A stretch of DNA of 42,813 nucleotides from Methanobacteriota archaeon (GTDB lineage Archaea; Thermoplasmatota; Poseidoniia; Poseidoniales; Poseidoniaceae). Positions 1-7,831 of this stretch are shown here, piece after piece. Below the pieces are notes generated by a model. It saw nothing but the letters and a program-made list of their open reading frames with translations. It made no database searches and had not been told where the DNA came from. The stretch lies in assembly GCA_002726845.1 (NCBI GenBank), contig PBSP01000019.1:1-42813 (forward strand), read 5' to 3'. The first letter of the stretch is position 1. Each line of letters starts with the position of its first letter. Position numbers and translations under genes: made by a program.

Positions 1-207
1 TTCGATTGGCGGAGGCGGTGGCTGAATGATTGATTCGTGTTGCTCAAGATAATCAGGAAGAATTACTATTGCTAACTCCTCACTCTTTTCTAAACTATTT
101 TGCGAGTGAGATGCGTTCGCATGACCACTTTCAGAAGGGCGGTCTTGATCTTGAAGGAAATCAAGATAAGTGGGGAGGACAACAACCGCTAAATCGTCGT
201 CCTCCAT
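1..207 (-). CDS. hypothetical acidic protein, N-terminal fragment running off the left edge
   Basis: Absent from the ORF track because it is open to the window edge. An ATG at 207-205 (minus strand) reads MEDDDLAVVVLPTYLDFLQDQD...LAIVILPDYLEQHESIIQPPPPPIE with no stop down to base 1. It is co-directional with the TDO gene and starts 67 bp downstream of it. It contains a duplicated LA(V/I)V(V/I)LP(T/D)YL block. No family recognised. It competes with the antisense TTG-started ORF 30..224. Confidence 0.3.
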   Translation of the reverse strand, partial: MEDDDLAVVVLPTYLDFLQDQDRPSESGHANASHSQNSLEKSEELAIVILPDYLEQHESIIQPPPPPIE

Positions 208-274
208 GGTTTTTTATCTTGTAGGCTACTATTTCAAAACATCTGCACCTGTTAATTAGTTCTCGGACCCGACT

Positions 275-1402
275 TCACTTGGATTTAAAACCGTAAAATT
301 CCGATTCCACATCGCCAAGGGATTGTCGAGGGAGTAGGACAGTACGTACTGCCCACAAATCGGTGAATATTCGATAGGTTGCTGTCTTATCGAGATAATC
401 CACACCGCTCGAACCTCCTGTTCCCATTCGTCTTCCGATCATTCTCTCAACCATCCGGGCATGGGTCTGTCGGAAGAGAAGCATGGATTGCTCGAGTTGA
501 ACAACAGTATCAATGAACCGACGTGGCCAAGACAGGAGCGGTAGTTCGGGATAGGATTCAATAAACAACAAACCAGCACGTGCCCGGTTTGTCTCCCCTT
601 CTGGTTTGAGAAAACTCCGAGCAGAAGCAAGGTTAGCGTCCATCCTCGGTTTGAGTTTGTCGACGCTTCCATGGCCGATTGAGACCATGTGTTCGACAAC
701 TCGATCCGAATGAGATTTCATCGTTGCGAGATGTGCATCAACGTATGCATCAACTGTTTTTTCATCTCGATCCTCGGTAGGAATTGAACCGTTGATCGGT
801 GTTCTGGACAGCCACGACGTAATCAGTTCCTCAATCGTAGGTTCCATCGATATTGCATCGAGCGTTTCATACGCTTCATCACTGATCTTGCCTTCCATGT
901 GGAGTTTTTTCATGTGCGCCATGGGGTCCATATCGGAAACTCTTGATTCCTGTTTGAGACCAAGACGCATTTCCATAGCGCGCATTTGCCACGATTCAAA
1001 TCCAGAAGATGTACCTAAACGACCTCGAAAAGCAAGAAATCCTTGCGGGCTCAACGTTTCCATGACCTTCCACTGATTGGACAAGAGTCGAAAAATCTCA
1101 ATCACACGCTCCAAATGATGAACCATTTGCGGCAATTGCACCTCTTCTACGGATTCCTGAACGAGGTATCCATGCACTGCGTCAAGTTCTGCACGGACTT
1201 GTTTGAACCACAATTCAAAGGCTTGGTGAGTGATGATAAAATGCAACTCGTCGTTGGACGGTCCGGGACTGTGGCCTTCCGGACCGGATTGCAATTGAAG
1301 CAATTCATCGAGACGTAGATAACCAGAATAGGTCATTCGATTTGCTGGGGTGTCTGAACCTGCCATGTTCCCTGATGGAGATTTAGCATTTGAACTCTTC
1401 AC
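275..1402 (-). CDS. kynA: tryptophan 2,3-dioxygenase
   Basis: 375-aa ORF. MTYSGYLRLDELLQLQ is followed by NDELHFIITHQAFELWFKQ; these are the two blocks that open known TDOs (YxxYLxLDxLL and DExxFIxxHQxxELW). A C-terminal GTGGSSGVDYL block is also present. The track start at 1402 is a GTG; an ATG at 1366 is an alternative. Confidence 0.85.
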   Translation of the reverse strand: MKSSNAKSPSGNMAGSDTPANRMTYSGYLRLDELLQLQSGPEGHSPGPSNDELHFIITHQAFELWFKQVRAELDAVHGYLVQESVEEVQLPQMVHHLERVIEIFRLLSNQWKVMETLSPQGFLAFRGRLGTSSGFESWQMRAMEMRLGLKQESRVSDMDPMAHMKKLHMEGKISDEAYETLDAISMEPTIEELITSWLSRTPINGSIPTEDRDEKTVDAYVDAHLATMKSHSDRVVEHMVSIGHGSVDKLKPRMDANLASARSFLKPEGETNRARAGLLFIESYPELPLLSWPRRFIDTVVQLEQSMLLFRQTHARMVERMIGRRMGTGGSSGVDYLDKTATYRIFTDLWAVRTVLLPRQSLGDVESEFYGFKSK

Positions 1403-1457
1403 ATGATATTGACAATTTTGAAACTGCTGATATCGGTGGAAGCATAACAGTCATAGA

Positions 1458-2591
1458 GTGCATACGAAACCCCTCGACATGGGCGTAGACCACTCCACAC
1501 TCCTGTCTTGGCTTGCGGACTACGATAAGGACAACATTACAATCGGTGTTGTCGCGTCTCACTCATCGCTTCAAATCCTGCATGGAGCTCGCATGGAAGG
1601 CTTCCGTACCCTCGGAATTGCTGTCGGAGAAAACCGTCGACGTTTCTACAAAGCGTTCCCCGGTGCTGAGCCTGACGAGTGGTTGATGCTGGATGATTAT
1701 CGTGAAATGCTCGATCATGCGGAATGGCTTCGCAGTAAGAACGTCGTGATGGTCCCTCACGGGTCTCTTGTTGAATACCTCGGAAGCGAGAATTTCCGAA
1801 ATTTAGAAGTCCCAACCTTTGGAAATCGAGGGATTCTCCGATGGGAAAGCAGTCGTGCGAAGCAACGGGATTGGTTGATTGCTGGTGGATGTACCATGCC
1901 AAAAGTGCTTGAAGACCCTCACGACATCGATGGACCGGTCATCGTCAAGTATGCTGGTGCGAAAGGAGGACGCGGTTATTTCATCGCCCGAGACTATCGA
2001 GATTTTCGACGAAACGTCGACATTGAAGAGGAATTCACCATCCAAGAGTACGTCCTTGGCTGCCGTTACTATCTCCACTTCTTCTTCGATCCACTTGCAA
2101 GCGATGGTTATCAGGTGCAAGGTCGTGGAAAATACGCTGGAAAGAATCTCGGACGACTTGAATTGCTTTCCATGGATCGTCGAGATGAGGCCAACGTTGA
2201 CGAATTCTACAAACTTGGTTCCTTGCGAGAACTACGAGAGTCCGGAATGGAACCCTCGTTTGTCGTCACCGGTAATCAGCCGGTCGTGATTCGGGAATCG
2301 TTGTTGCCTCGAGCTTTCGAAATGGCAGAAGGAACCGTCGCTGCTTCTTTCGGACTGGAGGAAGATTCTCGCGGTATGATTGGGCCGTTTTGTTTGGAGA
2401 CGATTGTCACAGATTCACTTGAATTCAAAGTGTTTGAGATCAGTGCTCGTATCGTCGCAGGGTCAAATCCATTCGTTGGCGGTTCTCCTTACTCGGACAT
2501 TAATGAGACGCGCATGTCAACAGGTCGACGCATCGCACGAAGCGTACGCAACGCATTGAACGACGACAGGTTGGAAGACATTCTCTCCTAA
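1458..2591 (+). CDS. purP: 5-formaminoimidazole-4-carboxamide ribonucleotide (FAICAR) synthetase, archaeal PurP
   Basis: 377-aa ATP-grasp-type ORF. The blocks IGVVASHSSLQILHGARMEGFRTLGI, VMVPHGSLVEYLG and FGNRGILRWE are as I recall them for archaeal PurP. The track start is a GTG at 1458; an ATG alternative lies at 1479. Confidence 0.85.
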   Translation: MHTKPLDMGVDHSTLLSWLADYDKDNITIGVVASHSSLQILHGARMEGFRTLGIAVGENRRRFYKAFPGAEPDEWLMLDDYREMLDHAEWLRSKNVVMVPHGSLVEYLGSENFRNLEVPTFGNRGILRWESSRAKQRDWLIAGGCTMPKVLEDPHDIDGPVIVKYAGAKGGRGYFIARDYRDFRRNVDIEEEFTIQEYVLGCRYYLHFFFDPLASDGYQVQGRGKYAGKNLGRLELLSMDRRDEANVDEFYKLGSLRELRESGMEPSFVVTGNQPVVIRESLLPRAFEMAEGTVAASFGLEEDSRGMIGPFCLETIVTDSLEFKVFEISARIVAGSNPFVGGSPYSDINETRMSTGRRIARSVRNALNDDRLEDILS

Positions 2592-2594
2592 GCA

Positions 2595-3950
2595 TCAATC
2601 CAGACTTGGCGCTGGTGGAACCCCTGAACCATCATCCTCAGGTAAATCTGCAATTTCACTTTCAATCTCATCAACGAGGTCGCCAAACTCAACCTGCTTT
2701 GGTGTTGCCTCATCAGCAATGATTTGGGAGGCTGAGATTTCACCGCTTTCGGCTCGTCGCACTTGCTCTTCCAAATCCCTCTTGATCCGCTCTCGTTCTT
2801 CCATTGTCGGTACATTAAACGTACAGACAAGTTGAATCTCTTCCCCAAAGGTGAGTTCGCCGCCATACTCCATTAAGTCACCATAGGCGTTGGCAATGAC
2901 CTGGAATTTTGTGGGGTCTTTTGAACGGCGCTTCTTGTGCTTTTTGTAATAGTGGACAAACACCTGGTAGGTTCCTGCAGGTGCTTCACCTTCGGGCCAC
3001 ACAACGTTTTCAACTGGTTTCCGAGAGTCGGGGCGAACGTTTGCATCGACATCGAGTTCACCGTTACATGCCGATTTTCTGTTTCCACCATGGATGCGTT
3101 CCCCTGATGGACAAACAACGTGAAGGTCGAGGTCGTTGTAATTGTTCCACATCAGTGAAACTTGAACATCCGATGAGCGGGCGCCTTCTCGCTCGAGGCG
3201 AGCACGCAGTTCTTCCAATGCCCGGGATGCTGCTTCTCGTCGCTCTAGGGCTTCTTTTTCTTGTGCTGCACGAATTTCTGCGAGTCGTTGTTCCTCCGCA
3301 GCAGCAAGTTCGGCCTGTCGTGCAGCTTCCTCAGCATCACGTTCTGCTTGAGCAGCAGCGTCACGTTCAGCATTAAGTCGGGCCTCTTCTGCAGCCTTTT
3401 CTGCAGCGACTCGATCACGCTCTGCCTGTTCTTCCTGTTCTTTTTTGAGTCGTTCTTGCTGCTCTGCGAGTGCCGCTTCTTCTTCCTCAAGACGGCGGCG
3501 CTCCTCTTCCTCGCTACGGCGAGCCCATTCTTCATCTCGCAAGCGACGGCGCTCAAGCATCTCTTCTTCGGACTCTTCCTCGTCATCGAGAGCAGGTTCT
3601 TCTTCTGTTTCTGGCGGAGGTGTTTCCACCACGGGTTCCTCTGCTACCGCAACTGGTTGCGGTTCTTGCTGGATGAGGGTTATGCTGCCACCGGATAAAT
3701 TCCTACGACGGCGCTCTGCTTCAATCATCAACAGCTTTCGCTCAAATTCGGAACGTGCACTGGAAAAGCTTGACCCTTTTACAGGTGCTCTTAATCCATC
3801 AGCAACCATACCCTGACGCACTTCGAGCGCTGCATCTCGACGAACCAAAATGAACCAGACACCTAAGACAAATCCTCCTCCGAGAATGCCTAGAACCAGA
3901 ATTGAACCTGTGTCCATGTTCGTCGGAAAACCTACTGTGTCTTTTATCAT
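2595..3950 (-). CDS. membrane-anchored protein: N-terminal TM helix, long E/R/A-rich charged helix, C-terminal YfaP/DUF2135-like beta domain, acidic tail
   Basis: The track ORF 2595..4241 is trimmed to the ATG at 3950 (MIKDTVGFPTNMDTGSILVLGILGGGFVLGVWFILVRRD...). The upstream 97 codons overlap the divergent aroA' gene and have no gene-like features. An ATG at 3917 is an alternative start. The C-terminal block VSLMWNNYNDLDLHVVCPSGERI...GELDVDAN...PVENVVW...AGTYQVFVHYY matches my recollection of the YfaP/DUF2135 pattern. Confidence 0.7.
   Translation of the reverse strand: MIKDTVGFPTNMDTGSILVLGILGGGFVLGVWFILVRRDAALEVRQGMVADGLRAPVKGSSFSSARSEFERKLLMIEAERRRRNLSGGSITLIQQEPQPVAVAEEPVVETPPPETEEEPALDDEEESEEEMLERRRLRDEEWARRSEEEERRRLEEEEAALAEQQERLKKEQEEQAERDRVAAEKAAEEARLNAERDAAAQAERDAEEAARQAELAAAEEQRLAEIRAAQEKEALERREAASRALEELRARLEREGARSSDVQVSLMWNNYNDLDLHVVCPSGERIHGGNRKSACNGELDVDANVRPDSRKPVENVVWPEGEAPAGTYQVFVHYYKKHKKRRSKDPTKFQVIANAYGDLMEYGGELTFGEEIQLVCTFNVPTMEERERIKRDLEEQVRRAESGEISASQIIADEATPKQVEFGDLVDEIESEIADLPEDDGSGVPPAPSLD
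3183..3600 (-). repeat. low-complexity coding tract: E/R/A(K)-rich charged helix (about 135 aa)
   Basis: The translation is ...EEMLERRRLRDEEWARRSEEEERRRLEEEEAALAEQQERLKKEQEEQAERDRVAAEKAAEEARLNAERDAAAQAERDAEEAARQAELAAAEEQRLAEIRAAQEKEALERREAASRALEELRARLERE. Coordinates are approximate. Confidence 0.7.
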
Positions 3951-3957
3951 TTGCTTG

Positions 3958-3965
3958 TTTAATTT
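3958..3965 (+). promoter_or_regulatory. candidate archaeal TATA box TTTAATTT, about 31 bp upstream of the aroA' ATG at 3993 (leaderless-type spacing)
   Basis: It is the only AT-rich octamer in the 42-bp divergent spacer 3951-3992. No SD precedes the ATG at 3993. Confidence 0.3.
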
Positions 3966-3992
3966 CAAGATTGAACACATGCAAAGCATTGA

Positions 3993-4811
3993 ATGTATCA
4001 AGCATCTCGTCATGACATGAACAAGTCCGAACGGCTTAATCGCCTCCTCCCGAACGGACGGGGAGTTTGGATTCCTATTGATCACGGCATGTCGGATTTT
4101 CCAACCGCGGGCCTTGAGGACACCGAGTATCTGATACGGGAGTTGACGGATGCGGGTGTAAATGCAATCATTGCACACAAGGGAGTTGTAAGTCACTACC
4201 ACCATCTGTGCGATGGAACCAACACGAGTATGGTAATTCACTTTTCAGCATCAACTCGACATGGCGGTCTTGATGCAGATCGTAAAGTCGCAGTTGGCCA
4301 AGCATCCGAAGTCGAATCAAGAGGCGGTGCGGCTGCATCAGCTCAAATCAACATTGGCTCCGATGGTGAGGCAACGATGTTGGAAGCAATGGGGAAATTA
4401 ACCACAGAGTGTCACCAGCGTGATTTGCCTGTGCTGGGCATGGTCTACGCACGCGGGCCAAATCTGCAGGTCGGCGGCGACGAGACCAACGGAGTTGCGC
4501 ATGCTGCACGAATTGCTTTTGAAATTGGTTGTGACGTAGGAAAAACCACCTGGACCGGTGATGAGAAGACGTTTGCTCGAGTGACATCTGGTGTTCCAAT
4601 TCCATTGTTGGTCGCTGGAGGCCCCAAATCGGACACACGTTCAATGCTTGCTATGGTCAAAATGGCGATGAACAACGGTGCTGCAGGAGTCTGCATGGGT
4701 CGCCAAGTTTTCGCCCACGAATCACCAAAATCTGTCGCAAAGGCACTAATGATGATTGTTCATGACGAAGCATCTGTTGATGATGCAATGACGGAAAATG
4801 GCCTGCTGTGA
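3993..4811 (+). CDS. aroA': 2-amino-3,7-dideoxy-D-threo-hept-6-ulosonate (ADH) synthase, class I aldolase family
   Basis: 272-aa ORF. WIPIDHGMSDFP, GVAHAARIAFEIGCDVGKTTWTGD (candidate Schiff-base Lys), LLVAGGPK and GAAGVCMGRQVF align block-for-block with my recollection of the Methanocaldococcus ADH synthase. It lies immediately upstream of aroB'. An ATG at 4017 is an alternative start. Confidence 0.8.
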   Translation: MYQASRHDMNKSERLNRLLPNGRGVWIPIDHGMSDFPTAGLEDTEYLIRELTDAGVNAIIAHKGVVSHYHHLCDGTNTSMVIHFSASTRHGGLDADRKVAVGQASEVESRGGAAASAQINIGSDGEATMLEAMGKLTTECHQRDLPVLGMVYARGPNLQVGGDETNGVAHAARIAFEIGCDVGKTTWTGDEKTFARVTSGVPIPLLVAGGPKSDTRSMLAMVKMAMNNGAAGVCMGRQVFAHESPKSVAKALMMIVHDEASVDDAMTENGLL

Positions 4812-4814
4812 GGT
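4810..4814 (+). promoter_or_regulatory. Shine-Dalgarno box GAGGT, 6 nt upstream of the aroB' ATG
   Basis: tGAGGTaatttaATG; overlaps the aroA' stop codon. Confidence 0.55.
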
Positions 4815-4820
4815 AATTTA

Positions 4821-5819
4821 ATGGAAGTCTGGCTCGAATCATCCCAAAAAATTGGGAACAAAGGGATCGATGCTGTATTTTCGCTCGATGCCGAAAACGG
4901 GATCTCTGTTCGGGATGGTTGCTTGTATCGAGATGGGGTTCAAATTGGTGGCCACATTCACATCGACTCTGAATCCGCACAATCTCAAGCACGAAGCCTC
5001 GCAGGTAGTGTTGAGTGGATTCTTTTGACGTTCGAAGATTGGTCAATGATTCCAATTGAGAATGTTTTAGCCGCAACTGAATCGACGCCAACCAAAGTAG
5101 CAGCACAAATTGTTCAACCAATTCAAGCACAAGGGGCAGCCTTTGCACTCGACATTGGTGTCGATGCATTGTTGTGCACAAACAACTGTCTTGAAGCGGC
5201 ATTGGTTGCAAAGTCGCTTCGCTTAGAGCAAGTTACTGAATCACCGTCAATGGTTTCCACGAAAAAAGAATCACTGCAGCTTACCACCATGACCATTACC
5301 GCTGTACAAGAAGGACACTCTGGCGACCGAGTATGCATTGACTTGTTGTCCATGTTGGAGGAAGGAGAGGGCATGTTGGTTGGTTCAACCGCTCGCTCAT
5401 ATATCCTTATTCACGGTGAAACGATTCAATCAAAATACGTACCAACACGGCCTTTCCGAATCAATGCAGGTAGCGTTGAGGCATACACAATCTTAGCAGA
5501 TGGCTCCACGAAATACCTTTGCGAATTGAAGTCTGGCGATGAAATCCTAATCGTTGGAAGTGATGGTGCAACGCGTGCAGCAACCGTGGGCAGAATGAAA
5601 ATCGAATACCGTCCTTTCATTCTATTGAGATTTAAGGATGAAAATACTAATGAAGGACATGTGTTCATTCAGCAAGCGGAGACGGTTCGCTTGGTTTTGA
5701 ACGATAATGCAGCCTGTTCTGTGACAAATCTATCGGTTGGCGATTGCATTCTCGGGAGCACGCTCTCAACAACCCGTCATGTCGGACAAAGCATCTCTGC
5801 TCCGTCTAAGGAGCGTTGA
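4821..5819 (+). CDS. aroB': 3-dehydroquinate synthase II (archaeal type)
   Basis: 332-aa ORF. GDRVCIDLLSMLEEGEGMLVGS, TRPFRINAGSVEAY, KYLCELKSGDEILIVGSDGATRAATVGRMKIEYRPF and QQAETVRLV are the conserved DHQS-II blocks. A GAGGT SD at 4810-4814 overlaps the aroA' stop. Confidence 0.9.
   Translation: MEVWLESSQKIGNKGIDAVFSLDAENGISVRDGCLYRDGVQIGGHIHIDSESAQSQARSLAGSVEWILLTFEDWSMIPIENVLAATESTPTKVAAQIVQPIQAQGAAFALDIGVDALLCTNNCLEAALVAKSLRLEQVTESPSMVSTKKESLQLTTMTITAVQEGHSGDRVCIDLLSMLEEGEGMLVGSTARSYILIHGETIQSKYVPTRPFRINAGSVEAYTILADGSTKYLCELKSGDEILIVGSDGATRAATVGRMKIEYRPFILLRFKDENTNEGHVFIQQAETVRLVLNDNAACSVTNLSVGDCILGSTLSTTRHVGQSISAPSKER
5808..5813 (+). promoter_or_regulatory. Shine-Dalgarno box AAGGAG, 9 nt upstream of the aroK ATG
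   Basis: ctAAGGAGcgttgaattATG. Confidence 0.55.
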
Positions 5820-5822
5820 ATT

Positions 5823-6713
5823 ATGGCAGTACTGGGAGAGGGAAGGGCGCATGGTGCATGCAGTCTACTCCATGCAGCAGGTACTGGATACGGTGCTAGC
5901 ATGGCGCTCGATTTACCGATAATGGTTCGCCTACTCGATCGAAAAAGCAAACTCGAACTTCATGATGAGGATGGTCTGCTCTCTCAGGTCGTCGAAGCAT
6001 GGAAAGCTGCAGGATATGATTTGCCAATGGATGAGGAAAATCTGCACTGGGCTGTTCAGTCAAAGATACCGCAACGTCAAGGACTAAAATCCTCATCAGC
6101 ATTGTGTGTTGCAGCAATTCGGGCTCTTTGTGATTCAATGGAAATGTCGCTTGAACTGCATCAACTCGTCGCCATAGCCGTGGATGCACAAGTTCGTGCT
6201 GAAATCACCTTGACGGGAAGCATCGACGACACGTGGGCTTGCGTTGCAGGAGGATGGAAACTCATCAACGCCAATGAACCCAATATTGACCAAGGGGTGT
6301 TGCTTGAGGGAGATGGACCCAGTAGGGATGAATGGAAGGTGCTGCTGATTTCTCGCGGACCTCGTGAAGTTCGGCCTTCCCTTGACGATTTTCTTCCTCA
6401 TCAGCAACAATTTATTCAGGCTCTTAACGCTATACAGGATGGGAATGAACTGGTTGCTCTTACACTCAATGGTCGTGGCGTTACCGGAGCGACTAGGGAT
6501 CACAAAGCGAGGATATTGGCAAACGACGCACTTGTTAACGGGGCACGTGCTGCTGGATTAAGCGGTTCTGGAACCGCTATTGTTATCGTGATTCCAATTC
6601 AATTAGAAGGAGTGATTCAGCGTATCAAAACGTGGTACAAAAACAAACATCCACAGATCAATGTGATTGAAACACGGTTCCTGAATCCTGAGCGAAACGA
6701 GTCTGAGGAGTAA
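5823..6713 (+). CDS. aroK: shikimate kinase, archaeal GHMP-kinase type
   Basis: 296-aa ORF with a GHMP phosphate-binding motif (QGLKSSSALCVAAIRAL) and a C-terminal GLSGSGTAIV. It sits between aroB' and aroC. An AAGGAG SD lies at 5808-5813. Confidence 0.75.
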   Translation: MAVLGEGRAHGACSLLHAAGTGYGASMALDLPIMVRLLDRKSKLELHDEDGLLSQVVEAWKAAGYDLPMDEENLHWAVQSKIPQRQGLKSSSALCVAAIRALCDSMEMSLELHQLVAIAVDAQVRAEITLTGSIDDTWACVAGGWKLINANEPNIDQGVLLEGDGPSRDEWKVLLISRGPREVRPSLDDFLPHQQQFIQALNAIQDGNELVALTLNGRGVTGATRDHKARILANDALVNGARAAGLSGSGTAIVIVIPIQLEGVIQRIKTWYKNKHPQINVIETRFLNPERNESEE

Positions 6714-6757
6714 GGCTCAAGTTCTTGAAGACGTGCTGTTTGGGATGAACGAGTGCA

Positions 6758-7831
6758 ATGAAGATGCGCCTTGGTGAAAACCTGACCATGACACTCTTTG
6801 GAGAGAGTCATGGAAATCTCGTAGGGGCCTTGTTGGAAGGTGTTCCTGCGGGGCTTCAAATCGATGAAGAACGAATTGCTCAACGCATGTTGACCAGAAG
6901 ACCCGGGGGTCATTTCGCCAGTAAACGCAAAGAGGACGATGCTGTTGAATTGCTCACAGGAATCCACAACGGTTTCACTACAGGACAACCAATTTTAATT
7001 CAAATACGGAACAAAGACGCAAGAGGAAAGGAATACAGTTTCATTCCGAACCACCCAAGGCCAGGACATCAGGATCTCCTCATGGCACTTCGAAGCGGTG
7101 GCTATGCCGATTTGCGTGGAGGGGGCTCTTCCTCTGCGCGACTAACTGCGGGAATTGTTGCCTCAGCAGCCATCGTCGAGCCTTTGTTGGGAGAAATACA
7201 AATCGATGCACATGTTGGTGCTGTTGGCGACATTGAGGCTGCTCGAATCGACAAATGTCCAGATGAGTGGGCCAACGAACTCTGCGAGCAACTCCGTTGC
7301 CGAGACCCAGACGTTGTCGAAGAGATGAAAGAGCGCATCAACACAGTTCGAAAAGAACTGAATTCGATTGGAAGTCGAGTCGATGTCCTTGTTTCGAACA
7401 TTCCTCAAGGTGTGGGTGAACCGTGGTTTGATGGCCTTGAACCAGCGCTTGGACGGGCTTATCTTTCCATTCCTGCGGCACGTGCTGTTGCATTTGGAAG
7501 AGGTTTTGATGCCGCCCGAATGACTGGCATCGAGCACAACAATCCGTGGGGTGGCACACCGGATGAACCCATCCAAGAAGGTGTCCAACCCGATGGTAGC
7601 ATCGCTGGACTTTCTTCTGGATCCAAACTCTTTGCTCAAATTGCCTTCAAGCCCCCATCCAGCATCGCAGCCTCACAAGTTACATTGGATTTAGAAGACG
7701 GTGAGAAAAAACCACTCACTGTGAAAGGACGGCATGATCCAGTACTAGGACCACGCGCTGTTAGCGTTGCACGGGCCATGACAACGCTCGTTCTATGCGA
7801 TCTTCTCATGAGGAAACGTGATGCTTTGTGA
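6758..7831 (+). CDS. aroC: chorismate synthase
   Basis: 357-aa ORF with LFGESHG near the N-terminus, RRPGG, NHPRPGHQD, GGGSSSARLTA and KGRHDP blocks. Confidence 0.9.
   Translation: MKMRLGENLTMTLFGESHGNLVGALLEGVPAGLQIDEERIAQRMLTRRPGGHFASKRKEDDAVELLTGIHNGFTTGQPILIQIRNKDARGKEYSFIPNHPRPGHQDLLMALRSGGYADLRGGGSSSARLTAGIVASAAIVEPLLGEIQIDAHVGAVGDIEAARIDKCPDEWANELCEQLRCRDPDVVEEMKERINTVRKELNSIGSRVDVLVSNIPQGVGEPWFDGLEPALGRAYLSIPAARAVAFGRGFDAARMTGIEHNNPWGGTPDEPIQEGVQPDGSIAGLSSGSKLFAQIAFKPPSSIAASQVTLDLEDGEKKPLTVKGRHDPVLGPRAVSVARAMTTLVLCDLLMRKRDAL

Noticed and set aside
30-224. 64-aa plus-strand ORF at the left edge
   Set aside because: It has a TTG start, no SD and no recognisable motif. The opposite strand carries an ATG-started, edge-open acidic ORF that is co-directional with the upstream gene. 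Neither is strongly supported, so only the minus-strand one is listed, at low confidence.
3245-3816. ORFs of 113-145 aa on both strands with Ser/Arg-, Phe/Leu/Cys- or Lys-rich translations
   Set aside because: They are frame shadows of the E/R/A-rich low-complexity tract of the 2595..3950 gene.
3951-4241. The N-terminal 97 codons of track ORF 2595..4241, which would make a 548-aa protein
   Set aside because: This part overlaps the well-supported divergent aroA' gene and has no gene-like sequence character. The ATG at 3950 gives a sensible short N-terminus plus TM helix. The same logic was applied to the upstream extensions 21754..21909 (protease), 30968..31081 (ACAD), 38857..38952 (trxB) and 29108..29152.
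4657-5211. 184-aa minus-strand ORF
   Set aside because: It is antisense to aroA'/aroB', and its Cys/His/Leu/Arg-rich translation has no motif. The same applies to 37930..38463 (+, antisense to trxB) and 37040..37528 (-, out of frame in moeB).
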